Below are positions 1 through 14,956 of a DNA stretch of 64,000 nt, piece by piece. Origin of the DNA: Lingula anatina (Eukaryota; Animalia; Brachiopoda); contig CM120645.1 in NCBI GenBank assembly GCA_051362555.1, forward strand, positions 8,680,001-8,744,000. The letters are read 5' to 3'. Both the position numbers and the translations under genes were made by a program. The notes under the pieces were generated by a model that did no database searches, had not been told where the DNA came from, and saw only the letters and a list, made by a program, of their open reading frames with translations. Positions within the stretch are counted from its first letter, which is position 1; each line of letters starts with the position of its first letter.

Positions 1-1042
1 TCATCAGGAACAGGTGAGAAGTATTTTTAGACTGCTATTTTTTATTTGTTATCACATTCATGAGTATTTATTTAAAGAGAGATGGTTTAAGTGACATATG
101 ATAGTTGGCATTAAGAAGTTTAAATGTTGACATCAAGTGCAATTTTCATTTAATAGGAATAAATAATCCATTAAGTTTTTTAGAATGGAACCTCTCTAGC
201 CATTACTGAAATTAATTGAAGGTTTGAGGGAAGTTTTGTGTATTCACCTTTAATTTACTGATGGTTTAAAGGCAGTTTTATACCTTCTGATCATCATTAA
301 TAATATTCTCTCAGTGTCATCTTTTATAATATATTCAATTTCAGTGTATATAATACAAGAATATGTTGGCTATTGTGCAGTATCTGTGGGCCCTACTGTT
401 TTTACTTATGTTGCTGAAGAGTGGCTTCCATTTTGCAAGTGTTTACAAAAGTATCAAAACAAAACTAAGATTTTACTTGTTTAGAATGTGATGAAATTTT
501 TTGTAATTCATGTGACAAAAGGCCATTATATTTTTTTTAAAATGTCCCAGACAGTTGCCTCTTGCCCTTTGATATCGATACATTTCCTGGCATACAGAAC
601 TTTTTGTCCATCCTTTCAATTTGTACATAATGGGTTATTTTTTTCTGAAAAGGTATCATTAACATGGGTGGATCACATATTTGAGAGAGAGTGCCAACGC
701 TAGTGGCCTGAATTTACATGATGGCTATAGAATATTGGTGATCCATGGAACAGCAAAATGGCTTATCTGTACCTTATATGGTTTCCCACCTTTTCCCCTT
801 AAGAAATTAAAAGAGCACCACACATTTGTATTTAGATGTATTTTTTATAGCTTTTCAGTTATTTCAAGTATTTTTGATATGCTTCATGTGCTTTCTGGAT
901 TATATATAAGTGTATGCAAAATATCCAAAATCATCCATCCGTCTTGGAGGCGTCATTCATAATTCCAGAAAATGAAATTCAGTTGATACATTAAAACGTG
1001 TACAATTTTTTTTTAATTGAGCAGTTGTTTATTGCCATACAC

Positions 1043-2884
1043 TTATTAGTACCACCAGCGTGTACGCTGGCGGTACTCATGGTTTTAGTCCCGACCCGTC
1101 TCGTACAGCTCCGCAGGATGACGTGGGATACAAGTCACCGTTACCGCTTCTCCTCCTAGACCGCAAGGACCTGTGTCCCCATCTCTTGGATTTAGGTCAC
1201 ATATAATCTCAACTTGAACACCCAGGTTTTTTTGTCTCAGTTGGTGCATTGACCTAGGCGTGACGCTCGTTGAAACGCACCCTTGTCAAAATTTTTGAAA
1301 ATTCAATGCTAAATATCTCCCAAACCAATGGAATTATGGGAAAAATTTCTACAGATGGCTGACCGAAAGTCATATGTGAGGATTTCAAATATGCCCTTGG
1401 ATTTGACCTTTGACCTTTATTTCAAGGTCAAATGGGCCAAAATTTTCTAAAAATTGGAAATTTTTGCAAGAAAATTTTTATTTCAGCCAATTTTCAGAAA
1501 CTAAACAGATCTTACCTATAATATTATGGGCAGGTGTTACCCTTAGGGTCATCTTTCATTTTCGTGAGTTTGGGGTCAATCGGTGCATTTTCATGGTAGC
1601 AGCAGCTATTAGATGTCGAAACTGAAAACTCTCTCTAATTCTGGTACTGTTAATGCTAGAGACCTCTTGTTTTATGCATTTTGTAGAACTTGTCAAGGGC
1701 AACACTGGGGGGTGGTGTCTATTTTTTTGTTTTCAATACGGCTAAGGCATTGCACTATATCAAAAAGTTCAACATCCTAAATTCAGTGGTGAAAATAAAA
1801 TGTGAAATACTCAAAAATTAGCAGAGATATGCCCATAGTTACTTTTGAACTTGAATAGGAAGTCATATACTGGTAATATAACTGTGACCTTGAAATTGAC
1901 CTTTGACCTACTTTTCATGATGAAGCACTTTGCAAGTTTTCTGATCTTTATATCTCCAAAACTGGCAAAGATACGCCCATAGTTACTATTGAACTTGAAT
2001 AGGAAGTCATATAATGGCAATCTAACTGTGATCCTGAAATTGACATCTGACCTAATTTTCACCATGAACTGAACTTTCAAATTTTCCAGCCCTTATATCT
2101 CTTAAACTGGCAGAGGTACATCCATAGTTACTGTTGAACTTGAGTGGGAAGTCATATACTGGTAATCTAACTGTGACCTTGAAATTGACCTTTGACCTAC
2201 TTTTCACCATGAACTGAACTTTGAAAAAATTCTCTCCCTTATATCTCAAAAACTGGCAGAGATAAGCCCATAGTTACTATTGAATCTAAATAGGAAGTCT
2301 TATACTGGCAATCTAACTGTGACCTTGAAATTGACCTTTGACCTACTTTTTATGATGAACTGTACTTTGCATGTTTTCTGACCTTTACATTTCCAAAATT
2401 GGCAAGGAAATGCCCATAGTTGCTATTGAACTTGAATAGAAAGTCATGTACTGTGACCTTGAAATTGACCTACTTTTTCATCATGAACTGAACTTTGCAT
2501 ATTTTCGTGCCCCTCACATCTTCAAAACAAGCAGAGATATGCCCAGTGTTGCCCCTAGGTTTTCTCTTTTCTCAGCATATATGCAACACTGATAACTCAT
2601 TTCAAGGAAAAGCAATAGGCCTATTGTCCAGAAAATCACAGGAGTGATCAATGTTAGGAAAATACAGGCCAATTGGAAAATCCGCTTGATTGAACCATTT
2701 TTATGTTATATTTTTTTCGATTTTTTTTTCATACTTTGAGAATTCTTGTTTATTGCATAGAGCTTGTCAAGGACAAGACTGGTTGTGGTGTCCCTTTTTT
2801 GGGGGGGGGGTTCCATTCGAATGCTCTTACTCCAGCTGGTGGTACAATATCCGGAGGCGGTATTGCCTCTCTGATCCTCTAGTT
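1043..2884 (+). mobile_element. Non-autonomous Helentron-associated (HINE/DINE-1/pearl-like) element, family A, copy 1
   Basis: 5' hairpin agtaccaccagcg-tgta-cgctggcggtact (1048-1077). Matching subterminal inverted repeat gctggtggtac near 2835-2845, then stem-loop gaggc-ggtatt-gcctc and terminus ctagtt (2879-2884). Central tandem array. A second copy in reverse orientation at 34086-36274 shares both ends. Confidence 0.8.
1815..2545. repeat. About 5 copies of a 144-146 bp tandem unit inside HINE-A copy 1
   Basis: The gacctacttt-type anchor recurs at about 1905, 2049, 2194, 2340 and 2467 (last unit partly deleted). It is the reverse complement of the array at 34297-35283. Confidence 0.9.
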
Positions 2885-3354
2885 GACTGTTGTAGTAATG
2901 TGTATAATATTGTAACAGTAACATATGTCTGTTTTGGGGCTCATTAACAGATTAACATGCTTCTGACGTTGATAAGAATACAGAAAAGCTGGTGATGATA
3001 CAAGTATGTTGGAAACAAGAGGAGATGTTCTAATCTGATTGTATTCAGTGATCAATCAACATAGAACAATAGTCTCATTGGGAATGAGCCCCTAGATTAT
3101 TTGATTCAAAGGCCTAGGATTATCCTTGGAGTAATTCTTGCAAAATTAAACATCCATTATATGTTTGCATTCAGCAGCAGCTGATGGTGGTGAACTCATT
3201 TGATGTTTAAGCGTTGTAGATCAGTGATGAGGGTGTTTAATAATTTATGTGTCAGAAGCAAAAAAAGGTTGCACTTTTCTAATATCATATCCAACATGGT
3301 TAGTCACAAAATTTTTTCATGTGTGGAAAGTTATTTATCCCATATGGGGTAGGA

Positions 3355-3394
3355 GTGTATGTGTGTGTGTGTGTGTATGTGTGTGTGCACATGC

Positions 3395-3427
<33 letters not shown>
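3355..3427. repeat. Compound (GT)n/(GA)n microsatellite
   Basis: Directly visible. Confidence 0.9.
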
Positions 3428-3430
<3 letters not shown>

Positions 3431-5858
3431 AATGTTATTACAATAGGCAGTCTAAGTGAGCCCAGTTTTGACTACTGAGTCTCTATAAATACAGAGACCA
3501 AATTATGGAATTACACATATCTATTAGGAGAAGACAGGTGGTTCGCCTGAGGTAGATTAACTTAAAGATATTGACGTCATTTGGACACCTACACACTCTC
3601 TGAACACCTGCAGACATGACTGATATACTCTGAAGTTCTGTATAACAGTACTGGTACAATTATTTTTTAAAAAGATTTTTCCACATGGTACAATTATTTG
3701 GACAGTACAATTATTTGGAACTTCAGAGTACTAGTATATACATTTTTAATGAATCCGTGTAGATTAAACTTTGTATAAGACATTTTTGAATGACAAAAAA
3801 TTGGATTTGAAAAAAGATAATGATAAAAAATTAAAAGGAAATCTCTCAAGGTATTATTTAAACTTTGAATATAAAACAGTTTGGAATGGAAAAATATTTG
3901 GAGCAACAAAAAAAAAAAAATCTCTCAAACTGGCACAATGCAGATAACTAAACCACTCAATGTGAAACGGGCCTTGGGAAGTTTCTCACAGATTGTATTT
4001 TGTTGATTTGTTTGTTACATAGACAATATTACCAGCTTACAGGCTGTTAGAGGTTGTAGGTCGTGTTGACCTCTGCCCATTGTCCACTGTCTCCATCCAT
4101 CACTGACCTGTCAGAAGACCACTCTGCTCAAATTTCAACAATTCTTTAAGAAAAAATAAACGTTATTCAGATTTTAACAGAGAAAATGTACAGGTGAAAA
4201 GATATGTTGACAAAGCAAGATAAGTTTTCCTCTTAAGCAAGTCTCTGGCCTTTGGGATATTGTTTAGAAAAATGTGACAAAGGTAGATGATGTCTGTATT
4301 TAAGCTAGGACCGGAGAGAGAAAAAATGTTGTTTATGACAAATAGTTTGTATATATGTATTCTTGCAAATTACCCACCATGACTCGGAGGAACACAGCAT
4401 CAAGTATTGTGTTCACTGGTGACACACAGTTATAGTTCATATGTGTAGACAGGAATTGCTGGAGGAATGGTAGAGATGGCTGAATTATAAGGAAGCCTTT
4501 GGCAAATGCTGGTTGTCAGTAGAATCTGAACCTGTACATGTCATGATATGGGAGATGTGTTCAGTTTATGCTGTTTGATGCCTTTTTATTTCTCTGTTCA
4601 CACACTGGATCAACTTGGACCAGATTCTCTTTTCACAAAAAAACTTGAGTTAAAAAGATGGTTGGAACTTTAAGTTTAGGATAAATTTAGTTTATTTTGT
4701 TATAGAACAAGTCACTAGGAGGAAATTTTAATGGAGAAAAACACATTTTGAAGGATAAAATGTGTTAAATTGTAATTTCTAGGCTTTTGCAGGTATATTT
4801 CGCATATAGATTTTGATCTCCTGAGCAGATAAATAGAGAAATTGATGTCTTAAGGAAAATAGGGGAACTTTTTTATGTTGAGTAAGATTTAGTCAAAGTT
4901 TTTGACTGATAGCTGTATGCTTTATATTAATGGACTACACCAGTTATCTCTGGATTGAAATGGACCAGAATGTCCAGTCTTAAATAAACCAATTTTAACA
5001 TCAATTCTTGACTTATTTCTTTTGGGAAAACGGAACCATATGGCAAACTGTTTCATTTGATATTGCATCCTACAACCAGATAGTAAACGGATATCCCATC
5101 CTGCCTCAGACTGTCAAATCATACCTGAATTAATCTGTCCAACACGTGATATACAATGATGCATTTTGGTCAGTTTCTGGTCCAAGTTACTCCTGTGTGT
5201 GAACTGAGCTAACTCCAATAAACAGCATGCATGATTCCCACAAATCTTCTCACACAGTTGACAGGGTGACATCGGAGCTGTCCGAGCCTGCAGGAATGAC
5301 AAACTTTTGACACTTTTGAATTTATGTGCATTTGTGAGTTTTGATAATTTATGTGCATCTGTGAGTTTTCATCTATGTGAATTGGACATTTTCTGTACTG
5401 TGTCATATATATTATGGATAAGGACAGCAGCCTGCTGTTGCCCTGATGGTTCGTTACTGTTGTTGACAGGAATACTTTGATTTGAGGACATTGTTCTATT
5501 GAGCGAGACTGATGTGGCTTTGATTTTGAATCGCTATTGTTGCTGATGAGTTGGACAGTAGTAGTGAGGAAATTGTATGGATGCTGTTGTTGACAGAGAT
5601 CGATGAATCTGGGAACATTGTTATAGAACTGCTGTTGATGAAAAAAGGAAGCATTGCATGGTAACTGCAGGGAAATGTAATTGACCATCTTATATTGAGA
5701 CAGCAGTTGGCAGAAGATTAATTTGTTACTGTTCTTGAAAAAAAGGTGAACAGAACATCATAGGATATAACAGTATTGAAGTTGTTACTGACAGCATTTG
5801 GCAGAACTAAGGCTATTGTATTGTTATTGTTGTTGATGTGTTTTGATACCAAGTGAGT

Positions 5859-5924
5859 ATGTCATACCTATACCGAGGACTACGATCAAAGCCAAGAGAC
5901 CACAACACTTGGAAGACTAGTGGT
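5859..5924 (+). CDS. Candidate alternative first coding exon A of the FAM107 gene (MSYLYRGLRSKPRDHNTWKTSG)
   Basis: ATG at 5859, 22 open codons, perfect gtaagt donor at 5925 in phase 0. This matches the phase-0 acceptor of the exon at 16867. Confidence 0.5.
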
Positions 5925-7078
5925 GTAAGTTACTCTCTTGCAAGTAAATCTTATATGTATAATACTTAATAATAAATGTGCATTATAATTTAATAAGTTA
6001 AAAACTGCAGTTAAACTTCTAATATTCTTGAATATCTTAGCTGTCACCCATTATGGTCCCAGTTATAACACAAATTATATTTGCTCAGTTAAACTGATTA
6101 CATTGGAGATGGGCCAGCCCAAACTGACACTTACAGGATCTTCTTTGCTTATACTGGTGTGTATCTTGTTTGCGGGCAACCAAGTCGGACCCCTCCCCCC
6201 TCCCCCCTCCCCCCCCCCCCAAGACCCCTCCTCCTCGTCCTTATACTCTGTTATTTACATGACCAAACAGAGCCAACTCTGAAGTTCTTTTGCAGAAATG
6301 ACCCCAAGTATAACTGACTTAATTCCTAAGTCAACTGTTAAGACTGTAGTATCAGGCTGATAAACTAAATACCAGATAACCCCATCTAAACTCCACCATT
6401 CAGAAGACACACATGTAGAGTTCAGTGTTGTATTTATCTAAACTGATTGTGCTTGGTTTCACACTGAACATAAGTAAAAAAAAAAATGCTGGTAAAAAAA
6501 ACTTTGCATTAGAATGGTGTTAATGAAAATTCAAATATATTGCAGATTTTTAATAATAAACTTGTTGATAAACCAAACTTTCATACTTTTTGTTTCATAA
6601 ATATCCAATTATTTGTATAATTAAGTAATCAAACAAATACCTTAACAAATGGTTAAATGTTTTGAAATAACATCAAATAACCATTTAGTGTTACATGGAG
6701 GAGGGGGAGGAGGGTGTTAGTACTTGGTGACCCTTGACTTTCATGTAAGGAAGTGATCAGGTGTGATGGGGGAGGGGGGGGGGAGTTAGGGAACTGTGTC
6801 AGCGCCATAACTTTCATGCATGAAGTGATCAGTTTTGAGAAAGTCATAGGTCATTGGCATTGATCTAGAGTGGACAGGAAGTAAATTGTCTATTCTGGTA
6901 GTGGAATGAAAAGCCTTTTGTTTGATCAGTGATTTAAAACATGGAACAAAGCCATTTCTAAAAGATGTACAAACGATAGGTGGAGGGGCAGATCAGTGTG
7001 TCCAGACACATTGTTATATGTTAATGCAAACATGACAGCCCTTTTTGTCTTATTTGTTATTTCAGAGTCTCTCTCTCC

Positions 7079-7109
<31 letters not shown>

Positions 7110-9302
7110 AGTTTTTTATTTTTCATTTTCATTGCTTTTCTTTGAATCAGACTTGTAAATTATCAAAAAGGAAAGAAAACGGAAAAGGAAATGCTCCAAG
7201 TTATATTCGACTTGTAAATTATTGAAAAAGAGAGATAATGGAAAAGGAAATGTTCAAAGTTATATTAGGAAAGTTGCTCTTAAAATAGAAACCACAACCT
7301 ATTTTTTTTAAACGTGTAAATTTTAATGCTTAGCTTATCTTAGTTTTAATTATTCGGAAGAAGGCATAATCCTTTTGATAATAATACAAATCTGCATAAA
7401 GTGATAAGAAAGAGGATACAAGTCTAATACGTAAGAATCCCGCATACTTTGCATACATTGATTTATGGGTGTGATTTGTCACATGTCTCAAACTTTATCA
7501 GTACTTCCTTCAGGCTTAAGAATTATTCTGATAAATGTTATGAAAAGAAAGTGAAAAGGGAAGTTTACCTAAATTTTTTTTACTCAAAGGTAAAACTGTG
7601 ATGCTATTAGTTGGATTCTTAATATTATGGCTACCTCAGAAGTGAAGAGAGGACTGACGGAGCGTCTGCCTTTTTATATGGGGTTTCAAGGTGGAACAAC
7701 ATGGCCACAGGTAAAAATGGAAATATTGAAAAAATTAGTTAAAAATTATAAGAACTATTTTAAACTTTTTCATTTTCAAGTTCAGACAAGAGATTGAAAG
7801 CACTGTTGTGGGAGGGGAGGGGGGGGAAGGGCTTATATCTGGGAATATATCATTTTTTTTTTTCTTAAATATAGATACTTGCTGTAAATGCCATACTAAT
7901 TATATTAATTATAGTTATTGTATATCAAAGGTAGCCCTTGGGGATAATAACAGGGCAGGGAATAGTTCGCTTTTCCCTTAGGAAGTAAAGACATGCTAAA
8001 CCCACATTAAGAAAACCGTATCAGTCTTATTCGTAGTCAATACATGCCTTCACACACTGACACAGAATTATTTTGGACCAGGAATGGACTAAAACATGGC
8101 ATTTGATATCACATGTGTAAACGGCACAGGGTTGATTGGTCATGGCAGCGTCCAATGAGCTGGATTACTAAAAGAATACGCAGGGAAGCCGCGTGGTGAT
8201 TTGTTGTCTGATAATGTCAGGTGACACCTTGGATTCGATATCCAGTCTGAAATAGTCCCAAGTGTGAACGCGGCTCATACCTTCCAGGTACCATGGGTTA
8301 AATAAAAACTGACTTTTATTTCTGACATTTTCTTTCTGGAGGTTGAAGAAGAGACATCTTACGGGGAATGATATCTCATTTTCTTTTAGTTTTCTCAGTG
8401 AACGTGAATTGTCTGCATGTGTCTTTAAGTGTACACTACGAGAACTGAAGCGATGCAGACTTTCTGGATTAAGGTCCCCTGATATGTTGTTAGATGTGGT
8501 CTTGGAAGATAACAGGAATTAATTGAAGTACTAATAGATATGCAGATATTTATCACAATCTTAACGAGGGAGGAATATTTTAAGCAAATAGCAGGAGAAG
8601 GTATGTAAATTAAGCTTGTGGGCAACTTTGATTTAAAGTTGACTCCCGGACACCTGTGGTGGACACTGAGTGACCGGTGGTGGACACTGATTGACCATAG
8701 GAAGTGGTTGCAGGATTTCTAGGCAAGGATATAGTGCTTGAGTCAAAGAAGAAAACAAATCTTGGGCTTTCGAATCAGCAAGATTTTATTGAGGTCCATG
8801 GTGATTGGAAATTGCTGCAAAATTGTCTTCAGGGAATTTATTGGCATTGTCATTTTCTAAACACTTTTAACAAAGAAAAGATTTGAAAGCAGTGGAAGAG
8901 GAACTTGAACCAAGCAGCACCAGTAAAAAAGGATGTGGGAGTAATTAATGAGGAACTTGGCTATTTCATCTTCTGTATTAAAATATTTAGATTTATTCTG
9001 CAACAGGCTCTGTAACAGTGAATTATAAAATAGTGGCCATTAGTGCATAGTAATGACCATTAATGGACAGCAGTAATTGCAAAGGACAGAAGTGACCATT
9101 TTAAACAGTACAAGGTGGTCAGTAGATACCGGGTCAGCAGATGGTAAAGCTTACTGATTGGCAAACTGAGAAACAAATCCTGGACATTTTGTTTTCAAGT
9201 GACATGCTTTTTAACTTGTGAACAAGGGTACAATAAGAAACGGTAGCAATTTCAGCTAAAGACATTTGGAATAGTAACGTTCACAAATTTTAAACTGCAA
9301 AA

Positions 9303-9479
9303 ATGTTCAAACGCACCACAACACCCAATCGCAGGCCCCTGGGGAGAAGTCACTCTGTTGACATGGAAACTATTTACAACAATAACTGGGTGACGTGGGA
9401 ACTAGGAGTGCATTTTCAGAAAAATAACGTGAGGAACCGTCAGTACCATCAGTGCTATAATAATATGTCACGAAACTGG
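9303..9479 (+). CDS. Candidate alternative first coding exon B of the FAM107 gene (MFKRTTTPNRRPLGRSHSVD...NMSRNW)
   Basis: ATG in aaaATG context, 59 open codons, perfect gtaagt donor at 9480 in phase 0. Compatible with the exon at 16867. Confidence 0.55.
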
Positions 9480-12400
9480 GTAAGTTTTTATAGTTCTGTC
9501 ACACTGCAAAGGTGGCACTGGCCCCTTGATAAATGCATGTAAAATATAGAACCCTGGGCAATGGAATTTTGCCATTTGTTTCAGTCACTGGCCATTGTGA
9601 CATTTTTTTTTTGTCAGAAAATTCTTAGACTCTGGTGGCAATATAACCAGTAGGCTAAAAGCTTTTGGCACAGACTAATAGTCAGATTCTCTGAAATAAG
9701 TTAAACTTACTTGTTTTCTACAGAAAGTTTCAATAGTGGTCAACCAGTGTCCATTTTATTGCCAAAAAAATAGTTTTGATGGCAAATAATGTATCTTAAA
9801 AACATATAAAGGAGAAGTTATTTTGTTATTTTTGAAAATGGAAAGTTGAATTCTATGTGTTGTTCCTGTACACTATGCAAGAGGTAATGCAGTCAACTTT
9901 GTAAAATTATGTGATGTTTGTTTTAGGTTGATTCTAAATTTATTGCACGTCTCATAAAGGCAAATGGTATATTAGAAAATGTCTTGTGAGGTGGTATAAA
10001 TTCAGAAATTAATCATCAAAATGAAAACATGATGAGATGTAGAGAAAAAGATATATTTACGTGAGAAAATATGAAGGAATTGTGCAAGACAAGCTATACT
10101 TTTTAAAGGAATGTGAAACATTGAGCATATGATTACTAGTAATCTGCAGTATTATCCTTTAGATCACAAAAAAAAAAAAAAAAAAAAAAAAAAAGATTTC
10201 ATTCATGTAAAAGATTAATGAGGCAAGAGTTTTTGGTGAATTTGATCGTTATGATGCATTACATGATAAGAGACATGCTGCAGCTTTTGACATAAACAGT
10301 GTTGGCCATCACATCCCTAAAGGAAAACATATCATAGTCAAGATTTTTTTGCAGAATTTAAACGAATTTCCACATACAAGAACCATATGAAATTGTCTTT
10401 TCCAATGTTTTGATGTTTTTTTTCCTCAATACCAATTTTTACAATTGAAATATGATGCTATTGCTTAACTGCAGTCCTTGCTGATAAATAAGTCAAAGGT
10501 TGAGGTATTAATGATTAATTTTTGTTTACACCAAAATTTATCTGAACTGAAAACAGAAAATAAGGACAAATATGCTACAGTAATACAAATTTTTGAATTC
10601 ATTTTCTTTGGCAAACTAAATTAAGTTAGATTAAGTTTTTGGGGTACAGATGATAAGCTGGTGCACATTAAAAGCCTAGACTCATGTTTAATGATATGAA
10701 AATAAGATGCTCACCTAATGAAATGTTTTTAATATTAGCATTATCACAAGTGCAGTGTTTTTATCAGGGTCAGTTGGTTCGGAATTTACATTGTCTACGT
10801 GTGATAACCCAGACAAAAGGAAAGAAGTAGGAAATTATCTGGGTGGCTGGTTACATTGCTGATAAAACCAGGATAAATAATATATTAATGACATAACGGT
10901 CAGGTGAAGTGATTGCACTTGGAAGCTTACTGCAGTAGCTGGTGGGTTTTACTGGGTATATTTGTGCAGGTATGCATTATATATGTATTCTTCAGCTTCA
11001 AGTCTTGATCAGATCTGATATTTAGATGATACAAGTGGTAGTTTGTAATACCAAGGTAATTATATTCATTAGGTTATAGTAGCCTTGTATCTTGATATTC
11101 AGTATGTAGTTAAATTCAGTATATTGAAGAAAGTTGAATATCTACATAATAATAATGGTTTTGCCGTTCCGAGGGAATGGATGTACCATTTGTGCCTGTG
11201 TCAGGTGATTGGAGGTAAAAAAAACTGTCACCAGGTTGATTTATGAACCTATTTGATGATTATTTTAGACCCTTCTCTTTGTGTGTCCGTATCATTTAGG
11301 GACATGGCATTTGGGCCATAAAACCTTCACATGTCACCTTTAAGTTAATATTATCATTTATTATTGTAAGTGAGGCAATCTTCTCTGCCTGGTCATTGTT
11401 AACGGGGCTCGAAACGACACAAAATGCTTGACATAAACACCAGCGTGCTTAAGCCAAGGTAGGACATTCATGCACCCTCCTTACAAATATTTGAATAGAA
11501 TAGAATGGAATGTTAACCAGGTAAATATCCATACTAGCACAGTGGCTTGGACAGCTACTTCTAGAGACAGATTCACACCATGCCTAACTTAGACTTCAAT
11601 TGGAAATTGACTGATTGACATCGTCAGTTGACCCAATTGCTTAAAATGTTTTTTATCTTAATCAAAGGCACAGTATGGATTCCTAATATAATCCTGTGGT
11701 TCGATGACCATATTAAGTCTGTTTTCAAGTCTAAGTTGATCCTGATGTGAACAGATCTTTGGAATGGAGGCAGTAGTGAGCTATGTTAAACTGGTGTGTT
11801 TCTATCCCCTTGTTGACATTTGTCCAGCGGCCGCGTGGATGGTGGAGATTGTTGGATGTTTAAGCAGTAGTTAAAACGCTGTACGTGGAGTGTTGTGAAA
11901 AATAACACAGTGGCAATAGGTGTGATTTACTTCACGAGTTGACATAAGCTGAGGATTTAACGTACTCCCGCTTACTGAAGTGGGATTAAGTCGCCCTGTG
12001 CCTGGAGATAACTGGACATTACTGGACATTGCTGACCGATATTCTCTTCTAGAAAAATGTTATGTCTTCATTCTGTGGAGGTATAAAACATTTTAGTCAA
12101 AATTACATACACATTGGGAGTCTTGAGGTGTAAAATGTGATGTTTGTGATTGTCTGGATTCACACAGGGGTCAGTCACAACATTTAGCCCCTGACCACTC
12201 ATCAGGTATCAATAGGTGAATGACATTTCAGGCTCCTGCTTGACCACAGCCAGGTGACCAGACACTGAATGCGTTGACCACAAGTTCCTGGTGGACTTGA
12301 CCATTAAAACAACACAAAGTATTGTTACCAAGGAAAGACATACTGTGACAAGGAAGCAAACTGACCAGGAAAACATCTAGGCTATAGAAATATGAGGATT

Positions 12401-12702
12401 AAGGAGTGGTGAGGGAGGGAACCTGCTGGTCATTATATGTGCTTTGTTAAACTGACCATTGGTCACCTGGAGAGGGACCCGTTAAGGACAAGTGGTTTGA
12501 GTACTAGTAGCTGGTTGAACACAAAGATCAAAACAGTTTGACATTGAAGTTAACCTACTATCTGGTCATGTGCAGTGTTAAGGTATGGATGATGATAATG
12601 GCAACTTGGGTTATTTTTAATCTTGGACAACACTACTAGTACTTGTGATATTGGACTTGAGAATGGGAATTTAACTTTGATGATTTGTTATCTTGAGATG
12701 AT

Positions 12703-14956
12703 CAAGAAGTTATAATGAGAAGGAGTAGAAACAAGGGGTTTCCTTTCATCCTATCCTCGTAACGGGCTTAATCCTAATAATTACCCAGCTTGTGGTCTTA
12801 GGGAGAGCTTGTGCCTAATACATATTCAAAAGACCATTCACGTGGGTTGCTTCAGCCAATTGGGATAAAGCCTCGCGAAGTCTCTAATAATCTCACAGAG
12901 AAAACATGGTGGGATTACAGAAAGGTGTAGAGAGAGATTTCAAGCCTGGACGCAACCATTTCGGGAAAAAAACCTCAAATTATGCAAGATACACCTTCAT
13001 TTGATCTAGAGCCGATCAGTTATACAAAATTTAGTTTCACATCAAGAATGTATGAGAACAATTTCACAAACCCACCTTCAACGCTAAAATTTGCACCTGT
13101 AGAAGTCTCATATTTATTTTAAATTATTTTTGTCGTGTAAAGGCGTGTAAAGGAAATTTACCTTCATCTAGGAATGACACATTCAATTCACAGCCGTGTA
13201 CACAAAACAGTAGTACTTGCAATTTCCGTATGCCAGCCTCGTTTCTTTCTTTTTTGGCACATTATTGCTTATATACCAGGTAGAGCTTAAACAGGAAATT
13301 TGGGGAAATGTAAATAAGTTATTGCACTTAGTATGATTCTAAATGAAATTTCATCAATACATATTTTTGTTTATATCTTTGTCTATTACATGAGGCCAAC
13401 TAATAGTAGACTGATAGTTTAAATTCATTAGAAGAAAAAAACAAAGAAATATTTTTATTGATTGATATTGCTTTATTTCAACATTCGAGCAACTTGTATA
13501 TTATCTAAAACAAAGTACCAGCAATGAAAATATATCAATATTGTTACACCCAACAGTGATTAAAGCAATACAAAAATGGTTAGTTTTTATTTTGATGTGG
13601 TGATTATTTTATTTTATACTTTAGACAATTAGCCAGTGAACACTAAATTCCCTTTTAAAACTTGGACCACTAAATTCCCTTTTAAAACTTGCACCTCTTG
13701 TGCACTATAGTTTAATATTAGTGGTGGTAAGAAAACAGAGCCTTGTGCCTCATCAAGTTGCTGCTGGAAACAATCATTTTGACTGTTCAATTATGGCTAC
13801 ATGTACATCTGCCAGCAAAACTAAAGATCTTTCACCTGCATTCTCTTCAACCTGAAATGAGTAAGTGCGGAATTCATTACAAAATATAACTCTATATCCT
13901 AAACGAAACTCTGCAAACATCATATTGCAATGAAAAATTGAAAAAAATTCCGAGAGTTCCCTGTCATCAAATTTTGGACCCACCATTTTGAAAAAGTCCC
14001 ATGAAAAGTTGTTTATTTGAAATGATGTTTTTCATCTAAAGGATTGATTCATTTAATATCACAATGTTATATTGTAATGGTGCACGTGCTTAACTAACCA
14101 GAAAAACATAAATTATCTGCATACACCACGTTAAAATTACCAAAAATTGTCCCAAACTGTCACCCAACTGTCTCTAACCAATTTAGGGACCCGCCATTTT
14201 GAAAAAGTCGGATGAAAAGTTGTCTATTTGAAACGATGTTTTTCATCTAAAGGATTGATTCATTTAATATCACAATGTTATATTGTAATGGTGCACGTGC
14301 TTAACTAACCAGAAAAACATAAATTATCTGCATACACCACGTTAAAATTACCAAAAATTGTCCCAAACTGTCACCCAACTGTCTCTAACCAATTTAGGGA
14401 CCCGCCATTTTGAAAAAAATAGGATGAAAAGTTGTCTATTTGAAACGATGTTTTTCATCTAAAGGATTGACTCATTTAATACTAAAGGGATGTATTGTAA
14501 TGATGCACGTGCTTAACTAACCAGAAAAACATAAATTATGTGCATACATCACGCACTTAAGAAGAAAAAAGTCCTAAACATGGAGGTCCCGCTGAATCGG
14601 CCTCAGATCTTCGAACTAACGCTGCTTTCTGCACTGACAAATTTGACTGACAGCCACCGTATGAACATAAAACAATGCTCAAAGCAGATTATCAACTCTC
14701 ACTCACCTTTATATCGCTCGACTTGGCGTTTTTCTAAGTATAACTTCCAAATATTCGCATTAAACATGAATAAATCAAGACGTATACGCACTGGTTCAGC
14801 TTCTCCGTCTTGAGTCACGCGGAGGCGAGCGGAGGATTAGACCAGTTACGAGGATCGAATTTCAAAGGACGCCGCTTTGAAAAGAATGCTGCGATCTGAT
14901 TGGACGAGAGAGATAATTGATGTCCCGTTTCTACTCCTTCTCATTATAACTTCTTG
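12703..14956. mobile_element. Non-autonomous TIR DNA transposon, probably P superfamily
   Basis: Perfect 30-bp TIRs caagaagttataatgagaaggagtagaaac (12703-12732 and 14927-14956) flanked by a 7-bp duplication agatgat (12696-12702 and 14957-14963). Extra subterminal inverted motif atcctcgtaac...taatcct at about 12753 and 14833. No transposase ORF. CA...TG ends with a 7-8 bp TSD fit P elements. Confidence 0.8.
13975..14560. repeat. About 2.8 copies of a 211-bp tandem unit inside the P-like element
   Basis: ccattttgaaaaa anchor at 13983, 14194 and 14405. The first two units are nearly identical. Confidence 0.9.

Noticed and set aside
1811-2249. ORFs of 89 and 65 aa, and similar ORFs at 34342-35021
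   Set aside because: Translations of the 146-bp tandem unit, with no protein family features.
5209-5688. 159-aa minus-strand ORF
   Set aside because: Lies in a degenerate gctgttgttgacag-type repeat, with no recognisable domain or splice support.
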